Positions 39,598 through 52,189 of a stretch of DNA of 64,000 nt are shown piece after piece. Both the position numbers and the translations under genes were made by a program. The notes beneath the pieces are model-generated. The model saw nothing but the letters and a program-made list of their open reading frames with translations, was not told where the DNA came from and searched no databases. How positions within the stretch are numbered: the first letter of the stretch is position 1; each line of letters begins with the position of its first letter. The stretch comes from Prorocentrum cordatum (lineage: Eukaryota): positions 1 to 64,000 of the forward strand of contig CAUYUJ010000037.1 of assembly GCA_963575745.1 (NCBI GenBank), read 5' to 3'.

Positions 39598-40001
39598 AAT
39601 GCAGCTTCTCAAGAGAAGAAGATAGCAGATACGATTGGTACTTGGCCCAATGGGTAATACCGCGCGGCCTCGCTGTCGCCCACCGCCCACCAAAAATGTC
39701 TTGACCAGAGATAATCAACACCGGGGGCTCAAGGGGGGGTAAATATCATTATCCGGGGCACGGGTTGCCTTAGTGCTCGGGCTCTGCTGGGACGGCCAAC
39801 ATGCCTCAATGAATCATTGCCTGCATATTCGCGGGCGACACAACAATGCAGCGCCGCCAGTGTCCGCCCACGCATGTGCATGCCGCGTGGAACACACCAT
39901 CCAGACACCAGACCTGGAACCACCACTCATCCCTCATTTTCTTCCCTTTCACCCCCCTCCTCCGCATCCTGGCAGCCACCTCACCTCCGCGGCAAACCCA
40001 G

Positions 40002-40052
40002 GGGCAGCCCAGAGACTTCGAGGAGCTCCGGACGGTCTCGGAGGATATCGAG
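40002..40052 (+). CDS. Candidate short exon (GQPRDFEELRTVSEDIE)
   Basis: cag|G acceptor, GAG|gt donor, 51 bp, phase 0, GC3-rich codons. Confidence 0.35.
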
Positions 40053-40316
40053 GTTTCAGCGGGGTCTTGGGAGGAGGGACTGGCTCACTGATCTCGACCT
40101 TGCGGTGGTTCGGGCGCCCTGGCTTTCTGTTCGGGCCCCTCCTCCTGGGATGTCCCCAACGGCAGCGGTCTCAGAGGCTTCGGAGACCCCCTGCTGGGCA
40201 GGCAGAAGACGCACGCTGTTTCATCAAGGGCTGTACAAAATTATTCCTGACTCAGCGTCAGTGCCCTGCACACGTCCGCAACTTCCACGGCTTCGAGACA
40301 CTCGTTACAGAGGTTG

Positions 40317-40378
40317 TTCACGGAACGTCCTGTTTCGTGTATGGAAATTCACGGAGCGTCCTGTTTCGTGTATGGAAA
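40317..40378 (+). repeat. 31-bp near-perfect tandem duplication
   Basis: ttcacggaacgtcctgtttcgtgtatggaaa x2, 1 mismatch. Confidence 0.95.
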
Positions 40379-40486
40379 TAGTTTTCAGAGCAGCAGCTCC
40401 GCGCACAACCATGTGCTGGTCTCACTTCAAGGACCTCCCTCCCCTGCTGGCCAAGTCTGATGGAGGAGCCTACGCGGGCCGCCCAG

Positions 40487-40573
40487 GGCAGCAAGCGCAA
40501 GGGTGCAGCGAGCAGCTCAGACGGGAAGGGGACGGCCAAGGCGGCCAAGCTGCTGGAGACCATCGGGGACGAG
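40487..40573 (+). CDS. Candidate short exon (GSKRKGAASSSDGKGTAKAAKLLETIGDE)
   Basis: cag|G acceptor, GAG|gc donor (GC donors are common in dinoflagellates), 87 bp, phase 0, strongly GC3-biased. Confidence 0.4.
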
Positions 40574-41066
40574 GCGGCGAGCAACCAGAAGGGGGGCAAG
40601 GGCGGGGCCTCGGCAGCGCTGCCAGTGGTGCCAACACGCCTCGCCCTCACAAACGCGCGCGAGCGGGCCTAGGTGACTGTCGCCTGCTTCACGTCTTTCA
40701 CGGTGGCCGCAGCGGTTCCCTTCCGCCCAGGGGACGGGGCGCAAGTACTCGGAGAATTGAGAGGCACACGAAAAAGATCATCAGCACGGCCCGCCATGGC
40801 CACACGTATTCAAAGCTTTTCTAAACTCTCAAGTGGGCATGCACGGAGAGAGCAGCGACGATATCTCCACGGGCCAAGGCCTTGTTCGAGGATTACTGGC
40901 ACAAGGTATGCCTGGCCCCAAAAGCGGCCCAGACCATCCAACTGCACTGCTGTCACTTCAGAATCAAAGCATGCTGGTTCGACAATCAGCCTGGCAATTG
41001 ATCCTACAATATGCAATGTTGACTACCATCTTTGTTCGTACGCACCGCAATCGGAGAAGATCCCAA

Positions 41067-42415
41067 GAGGGCCACGAAACGTGCGCTGGGTATGCCAAAA
41101 TGGGTGCGGTGGGCCACAGAACAAGTGAGGGGGGTGCCAAAACAGGTGCGTTGGGCGCATGCGAACGCAACTACTGGGGCCGTCGGTGGAGCTCCCTATG
41201 GAGCCACGAAACGTGTGAGGGAGGGGTGTACCAAACCGGTGCGGTGGGCGCGTGCGAACGCAGCCGGTGAGGCCATCAGTAGAGCTCCCTATGGGGCCAC
41301 GAAACGTGTGAAGGTGTGCCAGAGTGGGCGCGGTCGGCACATGCGAACGCAGCCACTGGGTCTGTCGGTGGAGTTCCCTATGGTGCCACGAAACGTGAGA
41401 GGGGTGTGCAAACAGAGTCGCGCTGGGCGCAAGCGAACGCAGCCACCGGGGCCGTCGGTGGGGCTCCCTACGGGGCCACGAAACGTGTGCGGGTGTGCCA
41501 ACATGTGTGCGGTGGGCGCATGCGAACGCAGCTACTGGCGCGTTCGGTGGAGGTCCTATGGGGCCACCAAACGTGCGCGGGGTGTGCCAAAATGTGGCGG
41601 TGGGCGCAGACAAACGCAGCCACCGCGGCCGTCGGTGGAAATCCCTGCGGGGCCGCGATACGCGTGAAAGAAATACAAAAATTGGCGCGGTGGGCGCATG
41701 CGAACGCAGCCGCTGGGGCCGTCGGTGGAGCTCCCTGTGGGGCCACGAAACGTGCGCTGAGTGTGCCAAAAGGGCGCGGTGGGCGCATGCGAACGCAGCT
41801 ACTAGAGCCGTCGGTAGAGCTCCCTAAAAAGCCACGGAACAAGTGCGGGGTGTGCCAAAAATGCGCGCAATGGGCGCATGCGAATGCACCCAGCGGGGCC
41901 GTGTGTGGAGCTCCCTGTGGAGCCGCGAAACGAGTGAGGGTGTGTCAATATGGGTGCGGTAAGCGCAGGCGAAGGCTTGCATGTGGACCTTCGGTGGAGC
42001 TCCCTATGGGTCCACGAAATGCGTCAGCGGTGGACCTAAATGGGTGCGGTGGTCGCATGCGAACGCAGCCACCGGGATCTCTCTGGGGCCACGAAACGTG
42101 TGCGAAGTGCCAAGAAAGGGCGCGGTGGGCGCATGCGAACGCAGCCACTGGGGCGATCGGTGGAGCCCCCTATGGCGCCGCGAAACGTGCGAGGGAGGGG
42201 TGTACCAGAATGGGCGCGGTGGGCGCATGCGAACGCAGCCACCGCGGCCGTCGGTGGAGATCCTTATGGCCACGTAGCGTAGCGTGCGAGAGGTGGGCCG
42301 ATATCGGCGCGGTGGGCGCATGCAATCGCAACCACTGGGGCCGTCGGCGGAGTTCACCGTGGAGCCGCGAAACTTGCGAGGGAGGGGTGTACCAGAACCG
42401 GCGCCGTGGGCGCAG
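41067..42415 (-). repeat. ~90-bp satellite, same family as 2897-4275, opposite orientation
   Basis: Unit ggggccacgaaacgtgtgagg..gcggtgggcgcatgcgaacgcagccactggggccgtcggtggagctccctat is the reverse complement of the first array's unit. Confidence 0.95.
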
Positions 42416-42457
42416 GCGAGGCTGGGGGCCCAGAGTCACTTTCTCAACCCCGTTGCA

Positions 42458-42479
42458 TCCGTAGCCGTTTTGACTCCAA
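42458..42479 (+). other. Relic spliced leader
   Basis: tccgtagccgttttgactccaa, 18/22 to SL; gccATGg about 80 nt downstream. Confidence 0.7.
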
Positions 42480-42754
42480 TGTCGCGCTGTCAGAGCGCGA
42501 CAAAGCGTCATTCCCAGCAAAGCAGCGCAGGCGCGATGCAGTCAGGAATCTCCGGGCCATGGCGGGCGAGGTCGCGGTGGAGATTGGCAGATGCAAAGTG
42601 GCTACGCCCCGCAGCGTGGATGAGAGGATCCGCGGGGCGGGGCGGGCCCCGGTCGCTTTTCGGCCGCTTCTCAACGCGCGCCGATTCCATATTCTCTGGT
42701 CTGAACACCACAGGAAGGAGCTCCCTCCTACATGTAGAGCCAAAGAAACATACC

Positions 42755-42798
42755 GACGTCGACGACGGCGGACGACGACGACGACGCCGACGACGACT

Positions 42799-42835
<37 letters not shown>

Positions 42836-42860
42836 CGACAACGACGACGACGACGACGAC

Positions 42861-42937
<77 letters not shown>

Positions 42938-42999
42938 AAACGACGACGAAAACGACGAGGACGACGACGACGACGACGACGACGACGAGGACGACGACA

Positions 43000-43039
<40 letters not shown>

Positions 43040-43162
43040 TGGCGAAGACGACGCCGACGACGACGACGACGACGACGGTCCCACTCGAGACGACGATCGA
43101 CGAACGACGATTAGCGACAACGACGAACCGCGGCGACGGCCGATTCACAACGACGACGACGC
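42755..43162. repeat. (GAC)n microsatellite
   Basis: Direct inspection. Confidence 0.97.
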
Positions 43163-43539
43163 CATGGGGCTTGACTCTGGGTCCGTCTGGGGCGCTGGGG
43201 AGGATTCAGTCGGGGCGCATTCTGGTGCGTTCGGGACGTCATTCGCGGCCCATTCAGGCCCGCTTGGGCTCATTCGGCCCCGGCGGGCGGTCTCAAAACC
43301 ATACGCTTTGGCAAGATGTGAAAGCCGAGGTGGCGCGTTCGCCTGCATCCGCCGCAGCTTTTTTTTCTGCGTTTCTAATAACAGAACCCCCATCTCCGGG
43401 GGGGGGGGAGGTGGGGGCCGCGAACTCGAAGCGCTCCCTTCTAGACTTTACCCAGCCCTCACGCCCTGGAATTTAACCTCGGCCGGTTGAGGTCGGCCTT
43501 TGAGGTTTGGCCTTCTAATCCTCGTTTTTCGGTCGTGCT

Positions 43540-43828
43540 TGGTCGGTCGGTCGGTCGGTGGTCGGCGGTCATTGCCGTCGTCCTTGTCTGTCCGTCGTCG
43601 CCGTCGGTCCGTCGGTCGGTCAGTCGGTCGGTCGGCTGGTCGGTCGATCGGTCGGTCGGTCCGTCCGTGGGTCGGTCGGTCCGTCGGTCCGTCGGTCCGT
43701 CGGTCTGTTGGTCCGTCGGTCGGTCGGTCCGTGGGTCCGTGGGACCGTGGGACCGACGGTCCGTCGGTCCGTCGGTCCGTCGTCCCGTCGGTCCGTCGGT
43801 CCGTCGGTCAGTCGGTCCGTCGGTCCAT

Positions 43829-43860
<32 letters not shown>

Positions 43861-43861
43861 G

Positions 43862-43910
<49 letters not shown>

Positions 43911-44088
43911 TCGTTCGCTCGGTCGGCCAATCGGTCGGTCGTCGTCGGTCGCTGCGTTGGTCGCGTCGTCGGTCGCTGCGTTGGTCGCTGGGTCGCTCGG
44001 TCATTCGTTCATTCGTCAGTCGTCGCCGTCGGTCGTTGTCTGGTCGTTCGGTCGGTCGGTCAGGGGCAGGTCGGTCGGTCGGTCGGGC
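43540..44088. repeat. (GTCG/GTCC)n and (GTC)n compound microsatellite
   Basis: Direct inspection. Confidence 0.95.
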
Positions 44089-45789
44089 GATTTTGAAAAG
44101 CTGTCGCAAGGGTGGGCAGCTAGAGCGACCACGCGTCCACCACGGCTTCAACACCTGACGGTGTTGGGGCCAACACCCACACAGGACGAAGGGTTGGCCT
44201 TTGGAAGCGAAAACGGCGACGAGGAGTTCGCGAGACAACATCGGCGCCGCCGAACGCACAGCGTTTGGACGCGCTGCCCCCAGCAACCAGGAGAAGAAAT
44301 AGGGCTTCATATTGGTTTGAATACCAAACTTCCCCCCCCCCCCCCCAGCGAAAAAAAATGGAAACTGGCGGGTTGCGGTGGCGGGATCTGCGAGAATGGT
44401 CCCCCCCAGGCCCCCTTGTTCAGACTGGGCAACAAATTTGCGACGAAGTAGATATCGGATCCGTGCGCCACAAGAACATCTGATCCACAACATCAAACAA
44501 ACGGATTTAAGCGGGCCAAACTTACACCAAAACCAAAAGCAAGCCGCCGGCGGAAACTTGATTTCCCCACTGCACTATATCCGACGGCGGCTATCCCACA
44601 CGCGCCGGCTACAGACCTCAAACCGTCGTTCCTGGCTCAAGAAGGGACAACGCTCGCCCTGGGGACGTAGACGGACACACCTCGTCAAAACGACCCCCAA
44701 TTAGCCCACTTACCGCAAGGGGCCCCACTGTCAAATTGCAATTCGCAGCCCCCCCCCCCCGCCCTCTGAATTCCCCCAACTTCCTTTGGGCCCCTCTGGG
44801 CGCCTTCACAGTCCCCCCCCCCCAATGGGCACACGACATCGGCGCTTCACCGTCAAATGTTGGGCCCCTCTCGGCCCCTGCACTGCAACTTCCTTGAAAA
44901 TTCCTCCCGATGCCCCTTCTTGGGCCCTGAGACATCCTTGCGATCCCTGCAGATTCTTGCCGCGCGTCGCAGCTGGCGACGATTCATCTGCGGCGGCGCC
45001 CCGCGGCTGCGCAGTGGGAGACTGTCGGCCCGCAGAAGGCATCGTAGAAGACAAGTTCGTTTCGTTTCGCGTTCATACGACACCACAGGGTCCCGCGCCG
45101 GGCGCCCGCCGAACGCCCGCCGCCCGGCCCCGGGCGCGCCGCCCCTCACAGCTGCCGCAAGCAGCCGCTCCGAGGGAAGATATGGACGCCGCCAGGTGGT
45201 GGTCTCTCACACCCCATCGCGCCCGACCTCCAGCTGCCCGACCTCTGCAACACCTCCAGCTGCCCTCCCCGCCCGACCTGGGCGGACAGCGCAGGTCCTC
45301 ACCGGGGCAAGGAGGAGTGGAGGGGGGGGAAGGGGGGAAACGCCGCTCTCCCCACTGACTCACGGTGGACAGCGCGGAACCGCGAGAAACCGCCCCCCCC
45401 CCCCCCCGACACGTTGGACACGAGGCGGACGGACAGCCGGGCGGTGCTTGGCCCTTTCGGCCTTTTCCCGCAGAGTACTCATCATGCGACACGCCTCTGC
45501 GGGGGGCTGGCCAAACGCCAGGGCGAATCGCCAGCCACCAGCTCCCACCGAAAACGGAGGAGACGCGCGAGGCGGGAGCGGCAGAGGAGGCACAGCTATG
45601 GCACGGCCCGCTCGCGCCCGAATCGGCCCTGTGGTCTGCAGGGCAGACCGGGCAGGCCCCGTCAGACCAGCCAGGGAAAAATGGCACGACGGCGACGACG
45701 ATCACAAGTCACCAGCCCCCTCCGCAAACGGTGGAGACGCGCGAGGCGGGAGCGGCGGAGGAGGCGGCGGGGGAGGCGGGGGCGGGGCC

Positions 45790-48700
45790 GGCCAAGCAGC
45801 TTGCATCACCGCAGCTCCTACATAACTGACGTGCCCTGCACGGGCACGCGATGGAAGACCCTCGCAGGAGAGGACCTGCAGGGCCAATTCTGGGGCAACG
45901 TCTTGGATGCGCGGGCCGTCTCGTGCCAGCAGGTCCTGGTGCACTGCCGTGGCCCGGCACGTCACGAGGGGATGGTCAACGCCCACGTCCAACGCACCGC
46001 ACGCACCGCACCGAGGGAGAGTGGCCGGTAGCCCCCCCTGGCCAAGCACAGAAAGGGGCCAGCAACCCGTCATACGCGTGACCGCCCACACCCTGTAGTG
46101 CTTCCAAAAATATGGGGACGCCTCCCACCCCAGAAGAGTCCAGTCCGGGGGAGACGGACCCGGGCAGAGCTCAGCAAACGAGCGCTGCAGCGAAGGAAAA
46201 ACGACCGATGCTGCCCGCTTGCTGGTCGTACTCGAGCAACGCCGGGCAGACGACCCGCCAGCGATACCACCCCAAGAGGGCTCTCCGCCGCTCGGGATGA
46301 CATCTCGCAGCCTCCAGCTGCTCCCCGACACAAGCTGGGTGCCTATCCAACATCACCGGCGGCGACGGAAGGCGCCCTGCTAGTGCAGTCACAGCGGTGT
46401 CCCAGGATGGGACGCGCATGTTCCGTGAAGCCTGCCAGGCCCGGGACGCCGGGTGGTCCAACGGGAGGACGGCGAGCCTGGCTCGCGTCATCAAGGCACG
46501 CTCCAAAAACTACGTGCCCAGCCTCAGCGGCCAACCGCATTGGGCCACTACCACACTGTGACGGACAGGCGGGCCCGTGTGGCAGCCGCGGAGTTTGCGG
46601 CCCCACTCAACCTGGAGGCGGTTCAGCGCTGCTTCAGCCCCTGCGGCCAGTGCCAGCAGTGGAGAGGCGTAAAGGATCACCGTCTCCACGCGCGGGGGGA
46701 CCTGCGCTGCGGTGACCGGGACTGAGAAGCCACCGCACTCGGCCGCCTGCAGTAAATCTTCAAAAAGACTCCTGCCTCTCGCAAGTGTCTCTTGGAGCAG
46801 CGGCTGAAAGGTGAGGTCAGCGTCCACTAGGACGCCTAGGAGACGCTTAGTGAGCACAACTGGGGCCCCTGCAGAAAGAGGCGGGGGGGCACCCAGGAGG
46901 GGCAGGGCCGCCGTCTTACCCTTCTCGCAATTAAAGCGCCCCTTGTACGCGCCGAGCGTAGAGGCGACAGGCTGACCATTCCTCCTCGGGCAACACTGCC
47001 CCCGCGGCCCCCTCTGACGGGCAAGGCGCGGCGATGTCATCTACAAACTGCGGGGAGGCTAAGCGGTGAGACCCTAAACGCTCCACCACGTCAATGCGAT
47101 CGGCCAGCGACGACAGCTCACTCAGGGCCCCGCTCAGGAAGTGCCTCGCCTGCGGCCACGGCGTCAATTCCGCCGCTGCCAGACGCGACGCCTCCCTCAC
47201 GACACCGTCGAGCTGGAGCTCCCCCCGCGGCGGGGCGGCGCAAAGCACTGGCGGCGCGTCTTCCACCGCGTCGAGCAAAGCTGCCCGGGCGAATGGCGGA
47301 ACGATCGTGCTACAGCCCTGTGGGAGCACGTCCGCTATGTCATCCGCGAGCCCGTGGAGCTGGGCGTTGAAAACACGCACGGAAAAACGCCTGCCCTGGG
47401 CAGTGCCACGTAGCAGCATGAAAACCGGGCTGAGCAGCCCATGCAGGCAGAGGCACTGGTGATCCTGCGCCATTACATCGGCTAGGATTAGCCAATCCGG
47501 CCCACGCACGCCGGCCTGGAAGACACCCAACAACATGGCATGGCGCGACGTCACATCAAAAGCCCACTTCCCGTCCGCGAGGGCCCACCAGGTGTGGAGG
47601 CCCTGCGCGTGGCGCAGCTGGGCTTGCAGGACCAAGCCCACGACAAGAGTAAGGGCGTCTCCAACGCCATCTTGCTGGCATGGCCCACAAAACGCCTCTA
47701 ACAGACCGCTGTTCCGAGCAATCCAGAGGGCGTCCTGAACAGACGCCATATCCGTGGCGATTGAAATCGGCCGCAAGGCGGACACGACACGCACGGTGGC
47801 TGGGCCACTCTTGCGAAGAGGCGTGATCTGCCGCAGCGACCAGATTCTCGCAGTCACACAGGCGGCGCGCGCCAGGTTCATCAGGGCCTTAGTCAGGCGT
47901 ATCCCTGCAGGGGCCTCCGCCCGGAGGGCAGCGTAGCAGCCATGCAGCGTGCGTTTGCCTGGTTTTAAAGCCTCCAGCACAGCGATCAAATCCGTGTCCG
48001 AATACGGGGGTGACGAAGCAGGCGCGCCCTCCACGGCACCCGCTTTCCTAATCCTGGCAACCTGTCTCCCCATGGCCTCCGCGGCCTCCGGGTCCTGCTC
48101 AAAATTGTTCCTATCGCGCGCGAAAAGATCGCGTTGGACGGCCTCAACCATCTCCGAGGGTGGCATCGTGGCCCCCGTGGTCGGGTCCGCCAGCCTCACG
48201 TCAAAGCGTTTTCACACCTGGAAGAAACCCGAAAGGAACCGCTCCGCGGCTCCAGGGTTGACCTCCCGGAGATGCAAAAAAACTGTGGATCACCCTCCTA
48301 CGCTCGCCCCAAGCAGCCCGTGCTACTTCCATTTTGAATTCTTGGTGCGACGCAAAACTGACAGGGTCCAGCAGCTTACGAGCGGTGGCCTGCGGGATCC
48401 GTCGTTTGCCCCCCATCACCTCGGTGGCGCCAGCCGCGTGCCCCACCAAGGTGCAGACGGCATCGCGGGACCATGCTTCTTCCACGCACCGGCTAAGCGC
48501 CTCGAGGGTAGTAGAGATTTCCCTGAGGCCCTCGTCCCACTGGGGGCCCGACGTCCAGGCCACTCTACCAGGGCCCGCTGCCCACGGGGCTGTAAACTGG
48601 CACGGCACCTCTGCGAGGACTAGGCGATGGTCAGATAGAGCAATAAAATCAGGCTAGACGTGCACGGGGAGGGGCAACGCCCTCACACCAACAAAAAGGT

Positions 48701-49320
48701 CGACGCAGGTGCCTGGGATAGGCGTCGGCGTGGGGGATTAGATGCCCGGAGCCCCGCAGCCTCCAGCCATTGCTGGATCTCTGCATCCGCGCAGGACTGC
48801 TTACAGTGCGCGCAAGTGCAAAGCTCCGGGTGATCAACCAAGTAATCCAAAATTCCAAAATGGCGTCCCCGTCCCTCCCGAGAAGCACACGCGCGTGTGG
48901 GTACCGCTCTTTGCAGAGCGTGCCATCCGCCACGACGGATCTCCAAGTGTCCGTCTCCCCTTTCGTGCCTGGGGTAGCAGGCGCAGAAAACTACGACCGA
49001 GCCTTGCGTGGGCCCGTCGCCCCACACCTCAAACCACTGCTCCCTGTTCGAAGAGAGGTCTGGCAGAGGTCGCAGCATGTGTTCGACTTCCGAGCGAAAG
49101 AAGATGCCAACAGAGTCCCACGCCGCGGACAGGGCACCATCCCAACAAGTAGGGAAACCCTCAGGGAACCGAGCCCCCGGGAGAATACAGATGTCCACTG
49201 ACTGGGCGTCGAGGGCAAAAGCAACCGCTTCGAGGCGCCACTCCAGCAGCTGGTCGGCCCCCAACTGCAGGAACCCACAGCAGCCCGGGTTTAAAGTGGC
49301 AAGGCGCAGGGTCGCTCGGG
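45790..49320 (-). pseudogene. LINE ORF2: APE endonuclease + reverse transcriptase + C-terminal CCHC
   Basis: EN: LRLATLNPG, DICILPGA, GTCVDLF, SDH (48627-48635). RT: PLRKSG, LRPISI, DGKWAFD, GTAQG (47393-47407), FVDD (47036-47047), FNCEKGKT, LLGVLVD. C-terminus: CGACGALDVGVDHPLVTC. Several frameshifts and stops. Confidence 0.92.
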
Positions 49321-50436
49321 CAGGGGCATCAAAAGAACCCAGTCCACCGGCGCTGCCTCTGCAACAGGAGGCGGCCCGGCATAGGGGGAGCCCACACCTG
49401 GCGACTGGGGGGGCGGCACACGCAGAGGCGCGGTAAGGACGTGTTTCAAGATGTACGCCATTTCATCAGCGAAGGCCCAGCTCTTGCAACGCCGGCCCTG
49501 TTTCACTCAGCATGTGGGCAGGGCGCGCCGGCAGCAGTTCCAAGAGCGCCAGGACGTCGCGCAGGGCCGCCACGGCCTCCAGCCGGCGGGGGCCGCGCGC
49601 TAGCCACTCCTGGCAGAAAAAAACAAAAGGGCCGCAGCTGCTTCTGCGCTTCTCCTAAGGCGTCCGGCCGCGCACGGGCGCTCCGATCAGCCTCCATCGG
49701 CCGGCCCACGCCGCGCGACCGGGCGGCGCGTCCGGCTGCGCGGGAGAGGTGGCTGCGCGGGCGGGCAGAACCACCACCACCACCAGCTCGACGCGACGCG
49801 ACATCGGAACCCGACAGCGGCAAGGGCGACGGCAACGGCGCAGCAGCGGCGGCGGCGACCCTGGCCACATCCTCGAGCAGCAGCGGCAACTCCCCTGGCC
49901 GTCCGCGGTGCATTTGCCCCATCACATTACAAGCTTGCTGACAAGTCGTGAGAGAGGGAGGCAAGGCAACAACGCTCCCAGCTACCCCTGCCTCAGGAGC
50001 CTACTACTAACCCACTCTTGCTACTGCGCACATGTGTGTAATGTGACCTGCCGTGCTCTCAGTTTGCCTGGCGCAGTCGTTAGCGGAGACCCCAGAGTGC
50101 CAGTTCTGGTCACGGTCCACGCGAGGAGCGAGACCAGGGGCCACAGTGGGGGATGGAAGGGGCTTGCGAAGCGCACAGTCTCTGTTACACGCGCCAGGCC
50201 GCCGCAGAGTTATTATCTTTTTCCCGAGGCATCGCGCCGGAACTCCCGCCCACGGATCTGCACAGCCAGCAAAAGCATAATCATAAGGGGGCGGCAGGAG
50301 GGGTGGGCACGGGCAGAAGGGGAAAGACACGGGACGAGGAGCACAGGACAGGCGGGGGAAAACGGAACTGCCACTCCCCTGCCCCGACGGGGGGCGCAGC
50401 CAGGGGCCCCCGCCGACGCCGGACAGCGACGTCCTT

Positions 50437-51095
50437 CTACTGGACGGTGGAGGGCCTTGTGGCGCTCGCGAAGCGCTCCCGGGCCGACAGGCGCACGACC
50501 GGCTGAGCGTCGTCAGCGTGCTGCGCCGGGAGCGTGGCGGCTTTGATCCCCGCCACCGGCCCGAAATACATGAGCAGCTCCTCCACGTTCGCTTCTAAGA
50601 CAGACCGTTTTCCTTTGACCTTCACGAGGCCCTTCCTTCTATTCTCAAGCTGGATGGTTAATATTTTTTTCCGCTAAGGGGCTCACCCGGAACGTTACCT
50701 CCAAAGCTGGCTGGTTTAAGTCGCCAGTCACCAATGCGAACGGCGGCGGCGGGCGCGGTGTCGCGGGGCTCCGCGCGCGGGTGTCACCATGGGCGGTGGT
50801 GACGCCGATGTCTCTAACGAGCCGGTGGAGGTCTTCTTTGGAGGAGGAGGTACCCGCAAGGAACGTCGCCTCAACGCTGACCCTGCCGTCCTTGCTTTTA
50901 CCTACTGTGTCACGCATCTGGCGCTGGCAGGCGCCCACGGCTGAGTCGAGGTCCGACTGGGTGCGCAGCGTGGCCGAGGTGAGCAGGTCCTGGGCTGCAG
51001 GCGAGCTTGTCGGAGCTAGGGCGCCACCTGGCGGCGCTACAAAGGCGAGGGCCTGAACTTCACGTGGAGTAGCTTGGGCTTCCTGGAGGAGGGCC
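50437..51095 (-). pseudogene. Putative LINE ORF1 remnant
   Basis: Protein-like fragments (KEDLHRLVRDIGV..ALEVTFRVSPLAEK; VKGKRSVLEANVEELLMYFGPV) upstream of and co-oriented with ORF2. Confidence 0.45.
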
Positions 51096-52189
51096 TGCTC
51101 CACTGCCTCCTCCTCCTCCTCCTCCTCCTCCTCCTCCTCCTCCTCCTCCTCCTCCAGCCTCCCTTTCAGTACAGCCCGCGACAAGTGGCCGGCGACCGCT
51201 CGGAGCACGCGCCCACGGCCCCACTCCAGAGGGTCCCGACGGAAGCCCTCGACCCCATCACCTCGGGAGGACGCGGTCTGCCTGGACACCGGCTTCTCGC
51301 CCCTGTCTCAGGCTCCACGCGCCGTTCTCCGTTCATGTTCCAAAAACAGAGCGTGTCTTCTCCTCAGGCCTGAGTGCACCCTCTGGGTGGCGCTAGGTAG
51401 GATCCCTTTACCGCCTCCATGACCTTTGCTATGTACGCTCGCCCATGTAAGCGCGAGGTGGGGAAAAGGAGCGCTACGCCGCCGCGCTGCTGCGTCGGCG
51501 CGCGGCGGACGCCAACAAGCGCATTGCAACCACCTGCAAATCGCTAGCAGGTTTCCACGTTCAGCCACAACAAACAAGACGGAGAAGCGGGCGGGCGCGG
51601 GGCAACCCTTGCTCCGCCGAGTCGGTACTTCTCCACTACGCCTGGGCAGGAGGAACGCCGCACCACGTCAGCAGCCCTGAGGCCTTCAGCCTCTGAAGCA
51701 GGAGGTACTAGGCTGGAGCTCGCGCGGGGAAAGACTCGGTCCTGAGCCCTGCGGACGCGATTCCCTCAGCCTCGGGAGCTGCGGAGCAAGGAAGGGGAGG
51801 AGGGGAGAGGGAGGACGGCAGAAAGGACAGACAAGGCCAACAGATGGAGGACGGGGAGACGGAGCAGGAGGCCAAGCAGGGAGAGGGAGGGAGAGCACAC
51901 AAGACACAAAAGCCAAGGAAACATAAGGGCAAGACGGAGGACACGGGGAGGGAGAAGGGAAAGGGGGAGCCGAGAGACAGAAAGAGCCGCTCCGCTCCGC
52001 TCCTCCCGCTCCCTCCCCCCTTTTCTCCCTTCCCCCTCCTCCTTTCTGCTCCTCGACCCCTCGCTTTCCCACCTGTCTCTGTTCCTTGCCTGGCCCGCGT
52101 TTCTTTGTGGGCCCAACCTGTGGCCCGACTGAGAGAGCACCTCCTGGTTTCTCGTCTCACTCGATCTGCCCTGGCGTTTGTCCGCGCGC

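Larger units (their letters stand above)
45700..51100 (-). mobile_element. Non-LTR (LINE, APE-type) retrotransposon, frameshifted
   Basis: ORF1-like pieces followed by EN-RT-CCHC ORF2 motifs in canonical order; ends approximate. Confidence 0.9.

Noticed and set aside
44622..44641. Additional SL relic (accgtcgttcctggctcaag)
   Set aside because: Only the last 9 nt are exact, gaps are needed, and there is no convincing downstream ORF; may be chance.
51780..52100. Fold-back element from a purine-rich then pyrimidine-rich tract
   Set aside because: The symmetry is compositional; no clean inverted alignment.
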